Positions 1 through 12,230 are shown, counted from the first letter of the stretch. The stretch is 64,000 nt of DNA from Acidobacteriota bacterium (GCA_030550025.1 JAUQQC010000012.1:8870-72869); one strand, 5' to 3'. Program-made: numbers and translations. The notes: a model not told the origin generated them from the letters alone.

Positions 1-924
1 GATCTGGCTGACGATGTGAAATGACAGGATGCGCCGGAACTCGTTTTGCGCCACCGCGCCCAACACGCCCGTGATCATCGTCAATCCGGCGACGACCAAA
101 ATCAACCTGTGGGTGTAGCCCACGTCATGCACAAAGAGCAGTGTGAAGACGCGAATGAGGGCATAGACGCCCACCTTCGTGAGCAGACCGGCGAAGATCG
201 CCGACACGGCCACCGGCGGCGTGTGATAAGAAGCCGGCAGCCAGAAGAAGAGCGGGAACACGGCGGCCTTGATGCCAAAGGCGATCAGGAAGAGCATGGA
301 GAGCGTCGTCACCAAGCCGGGGTGGTGGACGTTCTTTAACTTCTCGGCGAGATCGGCCATGTTCAACGTGCCGGCCATTCCATAGAGAATACCCACCGCG
401 GCCAGAAAGAGCGCCGAGGACATGAGGTTGAGCGTGACGTACTTGATCGCTCCTTCCATCTGCGCTCGTTCGCCGCCGAGCACAAGCAGCACGAACGAGG
501 CCATCAGCATGACCTCGAACCAGACATAGAGGTTGAACATATCGCCGGTCAGAAACGCTCCGCAGACGCCCATCAACAAGATGTGCAGCAGCGGATAGTA
601 GCCAAACGACTCCCGCTCCGCGTCCATACTGCTCAACGAGTAGATGGCGACCGCGAATCCCATCACGCCGGCGAGCGCGACCATGATCGCGCTGAAGAGA
701 TCGGCCACCACGGTGATGCCGAAAGGCGCCGGCCAGCTCCCCATTTGCACAGCTTGAATGCCGTCGCGCCAGACAGAGGTCAGCAGCCGGAGCGCCACAA
801 AGAGGAGCGCCGTCGCGCCAAGCACGCTCATCCAACGTTGGACGCGCCGCCAGCGCCAGGCCAACAAAGCAGCCACCGCCGTCACGAGCGGGATCAGGAT
901 GGGGAGCACCAGAAGCACGTTCAT
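1..924 (-). CDS. mrpD: Mrp Na+/H+ antiporter subunit D (runs off left edge)
   Basis: Not in the ORF track. Manual translation from ATG at 924 gives [13 protein letters not shown]...[19 protein letters not shown]...[18 protein letters not shown], typical MrpD motifs, directly downstream of mrpC. Confidence 0.92.
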   Translation of the reverse strand, partial: MNVLLVLPILIPLVTAVAALLAWRWRRVQRWMSVLGATALLFVALRLLTSVWRDGIQAVQMGSWPAPFGITVVADLFSAIMVALAGVMGFAVAIYSLSSMDAERESFGYYPLLHILLMGVCGAFLTGDMFNLYVWFEVMLMASFVLLVLGGERAQMEGAIKYVTLNLMSSALFLAAVGILYGMAGTLNMADLAEKLKNVHHPGLVTTLSMLFLIAFGIKAAVFPLFFWLPASYHTPPVAVSAIFAGLLTKVGVYALIRVFTLLFVHDVGYTHRLILVVAGLTMITGVLGAVAQNEFRRILSFHIVSQI

Positions 925-946
925 CGCCTCAAATAATGTTTCTGCT

Positions 947-1294
947 TCACGTATCCGTCGCTTTCATTTCGTCCAAGTCATCGGTGCCGACCGTTTGATA
1001 GGCGCGATGAAACAGTACCACGGCGAAGCCGAGCACGCCGAAACTGATGACGATGGCCGTCAGGATCAACGCCTGCGGCAGTGGATCAGCATAAGGAGGT
1101 GTTAAGGTTTCAGCACCTTCCGGGATAAAGGGCGCTCGGGCTCGCGTCAGCCGCCCGACGGTAAAAATGAGCAGGTTAGCTCCGTTAGATAAGAGGCCGA
1201 GGCCGATGATCAATTTGACCAGACTGCGCCGCAGCATCATGTAAATGCCCGTCGCGTAGAGCGCCCCGATGACAACCGCCAGTATAGTTTCCAT
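947..1294 (-). CDS. mrpC: Mrp antiporter subunit C
   Basis: 115 aa, three TM helices, [16 protein letters not shown] motif. Confidence 0.95.
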   Translation of the reverse strand: METILAVVIGALYATGIYMMLRRSLVKLIIGLGLLSNGANLLIFTVGRLTRARAPFIPEGAETLTPPYADPLPQALILTAIVISFGVLGFAVVLFHRAYQTVGTDDLDEMKATDT

Positions 1295-1304
1295 AGTCGT
1301 CCCT

Positions 1305-1335
1305 GCCGATTGTGGATCTCGGATTTTGGATCGGC
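1305..1335. repeat. Degenerate 7-bp-period tandem repeat with GCCGAT/ATCGGC inverted ends
   Basis: cgattgt-ggatctc-ggatttt-ggatcgg in the mrpB-mrpC spacer. Confidence 0.5.
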
Positions 1336-1339
1336 TACG

Positions 1340-1753
1340 TCATTCTTCCGCCAACGACAGAATGATCGTCAGCATCACACCGACGACCACCAGATAGACG
1401 CCGAGGTCAAAAATCAGGGGCGTGCCCAAAGGCACAGGCCCAATGCCGAGCACGGTGATATAGCTCCACTGACCGGTCATGAAAGGCTCGCGGGCAAGCC
1501 ACGCCACCATCCCGCTGGCCAGCGCGACCAACAGTCCGACGGCGATCAGTTGGCGCGGGTCAATCCGCAGCAATTGTCGCGCCGCCGCCACATCAAAGGC
1601 CAGCGCATACAGAGCGAAAGCCGCTGCCGCGACCAACCCGCCCACGAAGCCGCCGCCCGGACTGTTGTGACCGCGCAGGAGCAAAAAGAGCGAAAACAGC
1701 AGCAGCAGGGGCAGTAGGAAGCGCGTCGCCGTCCGCAGGATCAGTGACATCAC
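1340..1753 (-). CDS. mrpB: Mrp antiporter subunit B
   Basis: [15 protein letters not shown] and [11 protein letters not shown] motifs. Confidence 0.95.
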   Translation of the reverse strand: MMSLILRTATRFLLPLLLLFSLFLLLRGHNSPGGGFVGGLVAAAAFALYALAFDVAAARQLLRIDPRQLIAVGLLVALASGMVAWLAREPFMTGQWSYITVLGIGPVPLGTPLIFDLGVYLVVVGVMLTIILSLAEE

Positions 1754-4068
1754 CCGCCCTCCTTCTTCTCCAGACGCAGCTTCAACAACGCATACGCGCC
1801 GATGCCCGCCAGCGCCAGCACCGTGATCTCGCCCAGCGTATCCATGCCCCGAAAGTCCACCAGGATCACGTTGACGATGTTCCGCCCGTGCGCCCGGACG
1901 AAGCTGTTCTCGGCAAAGTAGTGGGAGATGGGCGGATGAAATCGCATGCTGGCGGCAACCAGCACGAGCGCCGTCATCAAGCCCCCGGCAGCCACGGCGA
2001 CCACAGCGTCTCGATACCGCGCTCGTTGAGGCGACAAGGAGGCAAAGCGCGGCAGGTGATAGAACACCAGCACGAGCAAGATCACCGTCAGCGATTCGAT
2101 CAGAACTTGCGTCATGGCCAGATCGGGCGCGCCGAACAACACGTAGACCAGCGCCACACCGTAGCCGACCACGCCCAGCGCCGCCACTGCCGCCAATCGC
2201 GACCGCGCGCGTACCGCTGTGACCGCCGCCAGAAAAATGAGTGCAGCCACGCCGACTTCATGAAAGCGGACATCGGCGAAACCATGCGGCCGAGGAAAAC
2301 CACCTCGAGCAGCCAGCGTATACGCGGTGAGTCCGACTGTCGTGCCAATGATCATCAGCAGGTAGTACCGCAGGTAGCCGCTCTGGAGCAGCCGCGTCTG
2401 CGCGCGCGCCAGAGCGTTCATGCCGTCGAGCGCCACATCGTACCACCGCGCCGGTCCCCAGTGAGTGATGGGTTCTAACCGTGACGTGGCCCGGCGCACC
2501 ACGCCTCGGCCAAAATAGACGCCCACGCCCGAGGCGAGCGTAAGCACACTGAGCAGCAACACCGGATTCAATCCGTGCCACAAGGCGAGCGTCACTTCGG
2601 TCGGTTCAGCACGCACCGCCGTAACTGCCGGCGAGACCAGCGGTGCGGCGACGGTATTCGGCAGCAACCCAATGATGAAACCCAATCCGGCCAGCATCAC
2701 CGGTCCGAGCCACAAACTCGGCGGCGCTTCGTGCGGGTTCTTAGGCGTGGCCGTCCTCTCTCGGAGAAATGGCCTGATCCCCACGATCCCGGCGACGGCC
2801 ACGAGCAACACGTTGGCCAAAACGCCGGCACCGGTGATGAGCGGTGCGGCGCGCGGTGCTTGCAACTTGGCTTCGTAGAGCAGTTCCTTGCTGATGAAAC
2901 CGAGCAGCGGGGGCAGCCCGGCCATCGAGAGCGCCGCCAAGCCCGCAGCCACCGCCGTGATGGGCATCACCTGTCGCAGGCCGCCGAGCTGCGTCACGTC
3001 GCGCGTGCCGGTTTCATGGTCCACCGCCCCGGCGACCAAAAACAGCGCACCCTTGTAGAAGGCATGGGCCAGCAGAAAGACCATCGCCGCTTGAATCGAA
3101 AGCGTCGTGTCGAGCCCGATGAGCAGCGTCAGGATTCCCAGTGCGCTCACCGTCGAATAGGCCAGCAGGCGCTTGAGATCGGTCTGAAACAAGGCCAGCG
3201 TCGCGCCCACCAGCATCGTCACCGCACCGGCCAGAGTGACCAGGTAGTGCCAGGAGTCGCTACCGCCCAGTACCGGACTGAGTCGCGCCAGCAGATAGAC
3301 GCCGGCTTTGACCATCGTCGCCGAGTGCAGATAGGCGCTCACCGGCGTCGGCGCTTCCATCGCGCTCGGCAGCCAGAAGTGAAAGGGAAACTGCGCTGAC
3401 TTGGTGAACGCGCCGGCCAGCACCAACAAGAGAATCGGCAGATAGAGATGGTGAGTTCGAACCATCTCGCCTTGACTCAACAGCGTTGACAATTCGAGGC
3501 TGCCACCCACCTGCCCCAGCAGCAGCAATCCGGCCAGCAAAGCCAGCCCGCCCACCCCGGTGACCAACAATGCTTGTAACGCCGCTCGCCGCGCGGCTTC
3601 TCGCTCATGGTCAAAGCCAATGAGCAGGTACGAACTCAGGCTGGTCAGCTCCCAGAACACAAACAGCGCGATCACATTGTCGGCCAGCACCACGCCCAAC
3701 ATCGAAGCCATGAACATGAAGAGATAGCCGTAGAAACGCCCCAGTTGATGATGCCCGGCCAGGTAGCCGCCCGCGTAGATCACCACCAGCGCGCCGATGC
3801 CGCTGATGAGCAGAGCGAAGATCAAGCTTAACCCATCCAGGAAGAATGAGAGGCTGGTCTTCAGACTGGGCACCCAGGCGGAGCCGAAGACGAAGACCTC
3901 ACCCTGCGCAATCGGCCTGACAAAACTGGCGAAGTACATCAACTGCATGAGCGGCAACGTGGCGAGAATCCACCCCGTCGCCCGCCGACCGACGCGGTAC
4001 AACCACGGCGCCAGGAGCGCCAGCACAAACCCGAATAGCACCAGTGTGGTGATTCCCATGCCTATCAA
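1750..4068 (-). CDS. mrpA: Mrp antiporter subunit A
   Basis: [36 protein letters not shown] and [18 protein letters not shown] motifs; the true start may be the ATG at 4059. Confidence 0.95.
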   Translation of the reverse strand: MIGMGITTLVLFGFVLALLAPWLYRVGRRATGWILATLPLMQLMYFASFVRPIAQGEVFVFGSAWVPSLKTSLSFFLDGLSLIFALLISGIGALVVIYAGGYLAGHHQLGRFYGYLFMFMASMLGVVLADNVIALFVFWELTSLSSYLLIGFDHEREAARRAALQALLVTGVGGLALLAGLLLLGQVGGSLELSTLLSQGEMVRTHHLYLPILLLVLAGAFTKSAQFPFHFWLPSAMEAPTPVSAYLHSATMVKAGVYLLARLSPVLGGSDSWHYLVTLAGAVTMLVGATLALFQTDLKRLLAYSTVSALGILTLLIGLDTTLSIQAAMVFLLAHAFYKGALFLVAGAVDHETGTRDVTQLGGLRQVMPITAVAAGLAALSMAGLPPLLGFISKELLYEAKLQAPRAAPLITGAGVLANVLLVAVAGIVGIRPFLRERTATPKNPHEAPPSLWLGPVMLAGLGFIIGLLPNTVAAPLVSPAVTAVRAEPTEVTLALWHGLNPVLLLSVLTLASGVGVYFGRGVVRRATSRLEPITHWGPARWYDVALDGMNALARAQTRLLQSGYLRYYLLMIIGTTVGLTAYTLAARGGFPRPHGFADVRFHEVGVAALIFLAAVTAVRARSRLAAVAALGVVGYGVALVYVLFGAPDLAMTQVLIESLTVILLVLVFYHLPRFASLSPQRARYRDAVVAVAAGGLMTALVLVAASMRFHPPISHYFAENSFVRAHGRNIVNVILVDFRGMDTLGEITVLALAGIGAYALLKLRLEKKEGG

Positions 4069-4180
4069 AACACTGCCTTTGTTACTTGCTGTTTGTCATC
4101 GGTCACTCGTTCGTCTCGGTTGGGGCCGCGCAAATGACAAATAACCAATGGCCAGCAACCTCCTCTCATACGAGCCCTAG

Positions 4181-4208
4181 ATTGTAGGGTCTGCCCGTGC
4201 CATGTCAA
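4181..4208 (-). promoter_or_regulatory. sigma70-type promoter for the mrp operon
   Basis: Minus strand TTGACA-16 nt-TACAAT. Confidence 0.6.
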
Positions 4209-4238
4209 GAGGAAGACTCTGAGCAGGGTGCTCGCTGC

Positions 4239-5912
4239 TCACCGAATCCGCGGCTCGGTCAAAGGCAGATCAACCGAGATGGGGCTATGGTCCGATATGC
4301 GATCGGCAAGACTGTAATTCAAGCTTCGATATGTGCGCCCGAAGTGAGGGGCAAAGCGATAGGACTGATTCCGATCTCGCGGACTCGTGAGGGTTGGCGG
4401 TTTGACGAAGATCCAATCAAGCTTAAATCTTCCCACCGGCCCGATTGTGCGGGTAACTTCATACGTCGTGACGAAGCCCTTGCGTCCGCGTTCGTTGGAA
4501 TTCGCCAGTGTCCCTCGGCGACCGTTGGCCGAACGCTTGGAATCGCCGCGGAAATCAAATGCGCCACCATCGCTGAAGCGAAATCGCTCCAACACGTCGA
4601 AGAACTTCGCCTCGGGATTGGTCGCCACCACGCGAATATGGCGAACGGTCGGATCGGCTTGAGCCCGACCGAATCCGACGCCGCCCAGCACGACATCCAG
4701 CATCAATCCGACGCCGGTAGCGTACTTGAGCCCTTGTCTCATCCAGAACTGCCCACTGCCGAAGCGCTTCTTGATCTCACGACCGATAGAGGTAGGAGTT
4801 GTATCCTTCGTGGACGTGTTCATATCACCCGCGAGAATGACGGGGTGGTCAATGTCCTTGATGTAATCGAGCAATTCTTCCAACTGCTTCACGCGGTTCT
4901 CAGGTTTGGTGCGCGCTTCCAGATGCGTTGCCACGATGGTTGCTTTGCCCCCAGGGATGTCCGGATCAACAATATCCGCGAGCAGCATCATCCGCCCGCC
5001 CCGCCGTACTTCGCGCAGCACCTTTTCCAAGAAAACTCTCCTGCCCACGGCACGCTTGCCCGCCTCCAATCGGGTCACGCCTTTCAATTCGCCGGTATAC
5101 CAGTCGTAGCCCTGATGAACGAACGGAACGAGGCGAACGTTCTGCAACGCGTAGCGACTGAGAATTGCCGTGCCGTGTAGACCCTTGTATCGGGTTCGGT
5201 CAACTTTGATGTGCTCGATGAGTTCCGTTCGATCTTCGGCGGGCACATCTTCGAATTGCTCGATTCCCAAATCGAGCGGGTCAATCTCTACAAATTCGAC
5301 GCCGAAGGCGTAGTTCATCCCGAGCGCCGATGCCAGCTCCTCGGCGACATGACGATACTCGGTGCGCTTCATTCCCCAATCCACCTCGTTGAGAATGATG
5401 ACGTCGGCCTCTCTCAACAGCTCGACCTGCCGCAAGACCCGCATTCGGCGCGTGCTGCCACGCGGGTATTTCGATTTGTCCAACAACGAGGAGAACTTTG
5501 CCGCATCGCTGAGCGCCAACTTGATCGCTTCAAACTCGAGTCCGCGCTCGATATTCCAGAAAACGACTCGGAGGAACCGGCCCAATTTGGGTGAGTATGG
5601 CTTGAGTGGTTTTACGCCGAGGTTGGAGGCCTCATTGTTGATGAATGGTGTGGTCAGCAGGCGATTGAGTTTTTCCCGGAGCGGCGCTGATGGGATTTCC
5701 TGCTCGTATAACTGGACGAGTTCATCATAGGTAAGCAGCTCCGGCCCGGACCGCTGCATCGCCTGAACGGCTGGGACGAAGACGGTCGCCAGCACGGCCA
5801 AACTCACCACGGTGAGCCATACCGACATCCATCCTCGGATGAAAACGACTCGTTCACAAGTCCTGGTGATTGATCTCATAACCATTGCTCCTGATACGTG
5901 GGTGCGAATCAA
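4239..5912 (-). CDS. Endonuclease/exonuclease/phosphatase (EEP) family protein, probably exported
   Basis: WNIERG, LNEVD, AGDMN, LDWIF and SDHSP motifs; hydrophobic signal-like N-terminus; start uncertain. Confidence 0.85.
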   Translation of the reverse strand: MIRTHVSGAMVMRSITRTCERVVFIRGWMSVWLTVVSLAVLATVFVPAVQAMQRSGPELLTYDELVQLYEQEIPSAPLREKLNRLLTTPFINNEASNLGVKPLKPYSPKLGRFLRVVFWNIERGLEFEAIKLALSDAAKFSSLLDKSKYPRGSTRRMRVLRQVELLREADVIILNEVDWGMKRTEYRHVAEELASALGMNYAFGVEFVEIDPLDLGIEQFEDVPAEDRTELIEHIKVDRTRYKGLHGTAILSRYALQNVRLVPFVHQGYDWYTGELKGVTRLEAGKRAVGRRVFLEKVLREVRRGGRMMLLADIVDPDIPGGKATIVATHLEARTKPENRVKQLEELLDYIKDIDHPVILAGDMNTSTKDTTPTSIGREIKKRFGSGQFWMRQGLKYATGVGLMLDVVLGGVGFGRAQADPTVRHIRVVATNPEAKFFDVLERFRFSDGGAFDFRGDSKRSANGRRGTLANSNERGRKGFVTTYEVTRTIGPVGRFKLDWIFVKPPTLTSPRDRNQSYRFAPHFGRTYRSLNYSLADRISDHSPISVDLPLTEPRIR

Positions 5913-6092
5913 GGCGCCGACCCATCACTGCCATCCGATTCGCATTGCTCAAAACCCAAGCGAGACCTTGAGCCCATAGCTGCGCGTCGCCGGGCTGAAT
6001 TGTGGTGCGATGACGGTCCTCTGTTCATGTCCGATCGCACGTTATCGTTGAAGTTCCGAGACCATGTGAACTACTCAGTCGGACTGTTAGAT

Positions 6093-7088
6093 TCATAAAC
6101 TCCTCCTTGCTTCCGAATGAAGGAACAAATCCGCGACCTTGGCCATCTTCTCCGGTGGCCCGAGGATCACCAGAACATCGTTCGCACAAAGTTTCGTATC
6201 CCCGCCAGGATTGGGCAATATTTTCCAATCCCGACGTATGGCCAGAAGGGTCACGCCATATCTCTTTCTCAGATCAATCTCCGCCAGCGATTTTCCCGCG
6301 ATGGGTGATGACTCATCCACGCGGAACGTGCTGATTTCGACATCCGCCAGATGGAGTTTCAAATCGGAGAAAGCGGCTGGCTCGGTGGAGAGGCTGCGGA
6401 ACATCTCGTAGCCGTCGGCGCGCACCTCGGCGATATACCGTTCGATATCCTCGCGGGGAATCAGATACTTCATCAGGACGCGGGTAAAAATCTCAATGGA
6501 CGTCTCGAACTCTTCCGGGATGACTTCGTTCGCCCCTAATTCCAAGAGAGGCGCCATCTCCTGGACGAAGCGCGTGCGGGCGATGATGTGAACCTTCGGA
6601 TTCAATAGCCGCACCAGTGACGTAATGCGTCGCGTGGCGACGGGGTCAGAAATGGCCACCACCACGACGCGCGCCGCCTCGATGCCCGCGTGGTTGAGGA
6701 CCGCTTCCTGAGCGCCATCGCCATAGTAAATCGGCTCGCCTCGGGCGCGTTCACGTTTGACCGTGTCCGGGTTGATCTCGATAATCCGATAAGGGATACC
6801 GGCCCTCCGGGCCGATCGGGCGACATTTCGTCCATTGATGCCGAAGCCGATGATGATCAGGTGATCTGTGGGACGATCTCCCGTGTCGCCCGGCGCGGGA
6901 TACCAGGCGCGCTTGAGACTCTCCGGCAACGGCAATCGCAACAGATAATCGGCCAGGCGAGACCCAACGCCCATGACCAGCGGTGTCGCAGCCATCGTCA
7001 GCACGGAGACGGCTCGGAAAGAGATCGGATGAGTACATAGCAACGACAGATAATCGCCGGCAGACCCTTGCCAAAGTTCGACGCGCAT
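6093..7088 (-). pseudogene. 5'-truncated Kef/CPA2-type K+ transporter (last TM helix + RCK_N + RCK_C only)
   Basis: Homology begins at AVSVLTMAATPLVM, then HLIIIGFGING (TrkA-N) and IAGKSLAEIDLRKRYGVTLLAIRR (TrkA-C); the main membrane domain is missing. Confidence 0.7.
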
Positions 7089-7528
7089 AACCCTTACCGA
7101 TCATCCCTTTCGCTCCTTCCCTGGATCAACCACAAGCATACAGCCCACTTCGCTCCGCCGCCAACCGTGATCCCCCTACCTCACGCTTTTCCCCTAAGTT
7201 GTCAGGCTTAGAGCAGCTTTCACGTGACCTCACCCTAGAAGCATACGCTTCTCGCGTATTAGAGCTATTCCCAGGCTGCGGGCAATCAAAATCGCTTAGC
7301 CAAATTGAAATCGCTCGAAGCGTTGCTTGACCGCTGCTGCTCATCGTCGCCTGCGTGTGAAGAAGGATGCCGTTGATTCGATAGGCGGCTCAAGCGAGAT
7401 TCGCTCGAGATTCGCTAGTGATATCGGACGTGAGTTGCTTTCGCGCCGGACCAACCCGCGTCCCCGCGAAGGCCAGTGGCTTCAATCACTGGCGCGGAGA
7501 TTCATGAGGTTTTAAACTTTTCCGTGCT

Positions 7529-8770
7529 ATGACTCAAGCACAGACCTTCGAAAGATTCATCTTCGACCGCCAGTACTTCCTATCCCTTTTTGAGGCGCTC
7601 ACCCGCAGAGGCTATTGCGTCGTCGGACCGACCGTCTGTGACGGCGCGATCGTCTATCAGGAATTGACCTCACCCGATGACCTCCCGATCGGCTGGACGG
7701 ATCAACAGGATGGTGGAACCTATCGCCTCAAGAGGCGCAACGATCAGGCCCTCTTCGGCTACGTCGTCGGCCCTCACTCCTGGAAGAAATTTCTCTTCCC
7801 GCCCAGAATCAGACTCTTCAGGGCCAGGCGCACTGAGAGGGGATTCAACATCGTTCTGAACGACGTCGCCTCTCCTCCCGCCCCTGACACTCCCTACTCA
7901 GCACTCAACGATCCGCCCTCAGGGATTTCGCCCTCGATTCCCATCCATCCGACTGCTCCGAAATTTGCCTTTATCGGCGTTCGTTCCTGCGAGCTGCACG
8001 CCATCGCTATCCAGGATAAGGTGTTCTTGGGCGGTGCCTATGTGGATCCCACCTACAAGGTGCGGCGCGAGAACGCCTTCATCGTAGCGGTCAACTGCGG
8101 TCAGGCTGGCGGCACCTGTTTTTGTGCTTCGATGAACACGGGACCGAAAGCGACCGTCGGCTTCGATCTTGCGCTGACGGAGATCCTGGAGCCGGCGCGT
8201 CACTACTTCGTCGTTGAAGTGGGCACCGACCGAGGAGCAGCAGTCCTCCAGGACATTCCTCATCGGCCCGCGCACATAGAAGAGGTGCAGTTGGCTGAAG
8301 AAATCGTAGCCCGAACGGCTAGGCAAATGGGGCGACAACTGGACACGACCGACATCAAGGAGCTGCTCTACCGCAACTACGAGCATCCACGCTGGGATCA
8401 GGTTGCGGCGCGGTGTCTCACCTGCGCCAACTGTACGATGGTCTGCCCGACCTGTTTCTGTAGCACGGTTGAAGATGTCACGGACCTCACCGGTGAGCAT
8501 GCCGAACGTTGGCGGACATGGGATTCCTGTTTCACGATGGATTTTTCTTACATCCATGGCGGCAGCGTACGCGCCTCGGCAAAGGCTCGCTATCGCCAAT
8601 GGATGACGCACAAACTGGCGACCTGGATTGATCAATTTGGCACGTCGGGATGCGTCGGCTGCGGGCGCTGCATCACCTGGTGTCCCGTCGCCATTGACAT
8701 TACCGAGGAGGTTCGTGCCATTCGGGCGAGCGAACCGAACCACAAGGAGAAGACCGATGGAAACACTTGA
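7529..8770 (+). CDS. hydB: Group 3b [NiFe]-hydrogenase (sulfhydrogenase) beta subunit, 4Fe-4S
   Basis: [16 protein letters not shown] and [12 protein letters not shown] motifs; first gene of the operon. Confidence 0.9.
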   Translation: MTQAQTFERFIFDRQYFLSLFEALTRRGYCVVGPTVCDGAIVYQELTSPDDLPIGWTDQQDGGTYRLKRRNDQALFGYVVGPHSWKKFLFPPRIRLFRARRTERGFNIVLNDVASPPAPDTPYSALNDPPSGISPSIPIHPTAPKFAFIGVRSCELHAIAIQDKVFLGGAYVDPTYKVRRENAFIVAVNCGQAGGTCFCASMNTGPKATVGFDLALTEILEPARHYFVVEVGTDRGAAVLQDIPHRPAHIEEVQLAEEIVARTARQMGRQLDTTDIKELLYRNYEHPRWDQVAARCLTCANCTMVCPTCFCSTVEDVTDLTGEHAERWRTWDSCFTMDFSYIHGGSVRASAKARYRQWMTHKLATWIDQFGTSGCVGCGRCITWCPVAIDITEEVRAIRASEPNHKEKTDGNT

Positions 8771-9218
8771 ACGCATTCTCGCCGAACATCCGTTCTTCGC
8801 CGGGCTGGATGCCCGGCACATACAATTGATCGTCGGGTGCGCCACTAATGTGCGCTTCGACGCCGGGCAATTCATCTTCCGCGAAGGTGAGGAGGCCAAT
8901 GAGTTCTATGTCATCCGACACGGCAAGGTCGCGTTGGAGATTTTCGTCCCCGGACGCGGACCAGTCACGATCCAGACTCTCGGAGAAGGAGAAATTCTCG
9001 GTTGGTCATGGCTCATTCCGCCCTACCACTGGCATTTTAACGCTCGCGCCATCGAGTTGACGCGAGCCATCGCTCTCGACGGAAAATGCCTTCGCGCCAA
9101 GTGCGAGGACGATCACGACCTGGGCTATGAGCTGCTCAAGCGATTTGCCCACATCGTCGAGCAACGGCTCCAGGCGACGCGATTGCAACTGCTCGATGTG
9201 TATGGTGTCCACTCATAA
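8757..9218 (+). CDS. Stand-alone cyclic-nucleotide-binding domain protein (no HTH)
   Basis: Starts [14 protein letters not shown] after an AGGAG RBS; [19 protein letters not shown] and GEILGWSWL; about 153 aa. Confidence 0.88.
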   Translation: METLERILAEHPFFAGLDARHIQLIVGCATNVRFDAGQFIFREGEEANEFYVIRHGKVALEIFVPGRGPVTIQTLGEGEILGWSWLIPPYHWHFNARAIELTRAIALDGKCLRAKCEDDHDLGYELLKRFAHIVEQRLQATRLQLLDVYGVHS

Positions 9219-9230
9219 GAGGCTCAGACG

Positions 9231-10061
9231 ATGATGAGCGATCCGATGATCCCGCGCCAGTACCGCATTAGTCGGGTGCGTCGGGAAACGGCCGACACGT
9301 TCACGCTGGAGCTGACGCCCGTCCAAGACGAGGGGACTTTCTCGTTTGCTCCCGGCCAGTTTAACATGCTCTACGTCTTTGGCGTGGGAGAGATTCCCAT
9401 CTCAATCAGCGGCGATCCGGCCAACCCGAGGACGGTTGTGCACACAACGCGCGTCGTCGGCACGGTGACCAGAGCGATGGGCACACTGAAACGCGGAGAT
9501 GTGCTCGGAGTGCGTGGGCCCTTTGGCAGCCACTGGCCGGTCGAGGAGGCCGAAGGAAACGATGTGGTGATCGTTGCTGGAGGGATTGGACTGGCTCCAC
9601 TCCGACCGGCGCTCTTTTACATCCTCTCGCGTCGAGAAAAGTATGGTAGGGTCGTGTTGCTTTACGGCGCGCGCACGCCCGAAGACATCCTCTACCGGCG
9701 CGAACTGGGCCGCTGGCGTGCTCAGTTCGATCTCGACGTTTACGTCACGGTAGATCGCGCGACGGGTGGATGGCGCGGCAACGTCGGCGTGGTGACCACA
9801 CTCATCCCACGAGCGCCTTTCGATCCCCTTAACACGGTGGCGATGGTCTGTGGCCCAGAGGTTATGATGAGGTTCACGGCGCTGGAGCTGCGGAAGCGGG
9901 GCGTTGGAGCCGACAACATCTTTCTCTCGATGGAGCGGAACATGAAATGCGCCGTCGGTTTCTGCGGCCACTGTCAATTCGGGCCGACGTTTGTTTGCAA
10001 AGATGGTCCCGTATTTCCATACCGGCGGGTCAAGGACCTGCTCGCGATCTGGGAGCTGTAA
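9231..10061 (+). CDS. hydG: Group 3b hydrogenase gamma subunit (FAD/NAD(P), 2Fe-2S)
   Basis: [11 protein letters not shown] and [23 protein letters not shown] motifs. Confidence 0.92.
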   Translation: MMSDPMIPRQYRISRVRRETADTFTLELTPVQDEGTFSFAPGQFNMLYVFGVGEIPISISGDPANPRTVVHTTRVVGTVTRAMGTLKRGDVLGVRGPFGSHWPVEEAEGNDVVIVAGGIGLAPLRPALFYILSRREKYGRVVLLYGARTPEDILYRRELGRWRAQFDLDVYVTVDRATGGWRGNVGVVTTLIPRAPFDPLNTVAMVCGPEVMMRFTALELRKRGVGADNIFLSMERNMKCAVGFCGHCQFGPTFVCKDGPVFPYRRVKDLLAIWEL

Positions 10062-10062
10062 T

Positions 10063-10839
10063 ATGCCGCGAAAACGGAGACCGAAACTGGCCGTCTGGAA
10101 ATTCGCCTCCTGCGACGGCTGTCAGTTGAGTCTGCTCGATTGCGAGGATGAATTGCTCCGTCTCGCCGGACACGTGGAAATCGCCTATTTTCCCGAAGCC
10201 TCGCGGGCCATCGTGAGAGGACCTTATGATCTGTCGCTTGTCGAAGGCTCAATCACGACGCCCCATGACGCCGAGCGGATTCATCAGGTGCGTCGCGCGT
10301 CCAGGTTTCTGGTCACCATCGGCGCGTGTGCCACGGCCGGAGGCATTCAAGCACTGCGAAATTTCAAAGACGTGCGGGAGTTCATCTCCATCGTCTATGC
10401 GACGCCGGTCTATATTGAGACGCTCAGCAAATCCACGCCCATCGCCGAACACGTGTTCGTGGATTTTGAACTGCGCGGCTGCCCGATCAACAAATATCAG
10501 CTCCTCGACGTCATTAGCGCCTTCCTGCACGGGCGGAAACCGAACACGCCGCCGCATAGCGTCTGCATGGAATGCAAGCGCCGGGGCGTCGTCTGTGTGA
10601 TGGTCGCGCACGGCACGCCCTGCCTTGGCCCCGTGACGCACGCCGGCTGCGGAGCCATCTGCCCGACCTATCATCGCGGGTGCTACGGGTGTTTTGGCCC
10701 GAAGGAGACGCCGAACACGAACTCGTTGAGCGCTTGGTGGTCTCACCTCGGAGTGAAAGAGCAAGACCTCGTCCGAGCCTTTCGCGGCTTCAACGCCTAT
10801 GCTGAACCCTTTCGCAAAGAGAGCGAAGCTCATGAATGA
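10063..10839 (+). CDS. hydD: Group 3b hydrogenase delta (small) subunit
   Basis: Starts MPRKRRPK; [19 protein letters not shown] and CYGCFGP motifs. Confidence 0.92.
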   Translation: MPRKRRPKLAVWKFASCDGCQLSLLDCEDELLRLAGHVEIAYFPEASRAIVRGPYDLSLVEGSITTPHDAERIHQVRRASRFLVTIGACATAGGIQALRNFKDVREFISIVYATPVYIETLSKSTPIAEHVFVDFELRGCPINKYQLLDVISAFLHGRKPNTPPHSVCMECKRRGVVCVMVAHGTPCLGPVTHAGCGAICPTYHRGCYGCFGPKETPNTNSLSAWWSHLGVKEQDLVRAFRGFNAYAEPFRKESEAHE

Positions 10840-10845
10840 CCGTTC

Positions 10846-10912
10846 GCCAACGGATCAAATGTGCCAACGGATGGTGACCCGCTTGTATCCTCTGGGACTT
10901 TTCATCCGTTGG
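10846..10912. repeat. Intergenic imperfect hairpin built from 17-bp-period units
   Basis: ccaacggat at 10847 and 10864 pair with atccgttgg (10904) and atcctctgg (10887). Confidence 0.6.
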
Positions 10913-10937
10913 GGGATCACCGGGAGATGAAAAGGAC

Positions 10938-12230
10938 ATGACACAGAACAAGACGATCAAAGTGGATTCCCTGGCTCGCGTCGAAGGCGAGGGCGGGATA
11001 TATATCAAGCTCAAGGGAGCGGAAGTCGTCGACGTGAAGCTGAAAATCTTCGAGCCGCCGCGCTTCTTCGAGGCGTTCTTGCGTGGACGGAGTTTCGCTG
11101 AAGCTCCCGACATCACGGCGCGCATCTGCGGCATCTGCCCCGTCGCGTACCAGATGAGCGCCGTGCACGCGATAGAAGACGCCTTCGGCGTCACAGTGGA
11201 CGGACCGATCCGCGCGCTGCGCCGGCTCATTTACTGCGGCGAGTGGATCGAGAGTCACGCGCTGCACGTCTACCTGCTGCACGCACCCGACTTTCTCGGC
11301 TACGAAGACGCAATCCGAATGGCTCAGGATCATCCTGATATCGTTCAACGCGGCCTCCAGTTGAAGAAGGTGGGAAATGAAATCGTCAGTCTCCTGGGAG
11401 GCCGAGAAGTCCATCCAATTAACGTTCGCGTCGGGGGCTTCTATCGAGTGCCGACCAAACGAGAGCTGAGTCCACTCATGGAGCGATTGCAATGGGCGCG
11501 CGAGGCGGCGCTGGAGACGGTTCGCTGGGCGGCGACGCTCCCCTTCCCCGAGTTCGAACGAGACTATGAGTTTGTCGCTCTCCGCCACCCCGTCGAGTAC
11601 CCCTTCAATGAAGGCCGCCTCGTGTCCAATAAAGGCTTAGACATCGCCGTCCGCGAGTATGACGATCACTTTGTCGAGGAGCACGTGCCCTACTCCAATG
11701 CGCTCCACTCGACGATCAAAAATCGCGGCGCTTATTTCGTCGGACCGCTCGCCCGCTACAACCTGAACTTTGATCGGCTGTCGCCCCTGGTCCAAGAGGT
11801 CGCCCGCGAGGTCGGTTGTGAACCGCCGTGCACGAATCCCTTCAAGAGCATCATCGTGCGCAGCCTGGAAATCCTCTATGCATGCGATGAAGCCCTGCGC
11901 CTCATCGCCGAGTACGAGACGCCTGACAAACCGGCGGTGAAGATTGAGCCCCGCGCGGCCACGGGCTACGGATGCACGGAGGCGCCCCGCGGAATTCTCT
12001 ATCATCGCTATCGGCTCGACGATGACGGTACGATTCTCGACGCCAAGATCGTCCCGCCCACGTCGCAAAATCAAAAGATGATCGAGTCAGACCTCTGGCA
12101 CCTTCTCCCCTCGCTCCTCGATGCGCCTCAAGATCAACTCCTCTGGCGCTGTGAGCAAGCCATCCGCAATTATGATCCGTGCATATCGTGTGCCACGCAC
12201 GTTATAAAGCTTCGCTTTGAACGTGAGTGA
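10938..12230 (+). CDS. hydA: Group 3b [NiFe]-hydrogenase large (alpha) subunit
   Basis: ARVEGEG, L1 motif RICGICP, L2 motif DPCISCATH plus a cleavable C-terminal extension. Confidence 0.95.
   Translation: MTQNKTIKVDSLARVEGEGGIYIKLKGAEVVDVKLKIFEPPRFFEAFLRGRSFAEAPDITARICGICPVAYQMSAVHAIEDAFGVTVDGPIRALRRLIYCGEWIESHALHVYLLHAPDFLGYEDAIRMAQDHPDIVQRGLQLKKVGNEIVSLLGGREVHPINVRVGGFYRVPTKRELSPLMERLQWAREAALETVRWAATLPFPEFERDYEFVALRHPVEYPFNEGRLVSNKGLDIAVREYDDHFVEEHVPYSNALHSTIKNRGAYFVGPLARYNLNFDRLSPLVQEVAREVGCEPPCTNPFKSIIVRSLEILYACDEALRLIAEYETPDKPAVKIEPRAATGYGCTEAPRGILYHRYRLDDDGTILDAKIVPPTSQNQKMIESDLWHLLPSLLDAPQDQLLWRCEQAIRNYDPCISCATHVIKLRFERE

Noticed and set aside
7089-7528. IS ends or small ORFs in the spacer upstream of the hydrogenase operon (ttagagc twice, cgagattcgct twice, a GCCAGTG/CACTGGC hairpin)
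   Set aside because: The repeats are short, with no terminal inverted repeat pair or transposase fragment, and the ORFs lack an RBS and motifs.
12170-12230. Possible [NiFeSe] hydrogenase, given the tRNA-Sec in the window
   Set aside because: The L2 motif is DPCISC with Cys codons (tgc, tgt); there is no in-frame TGA.
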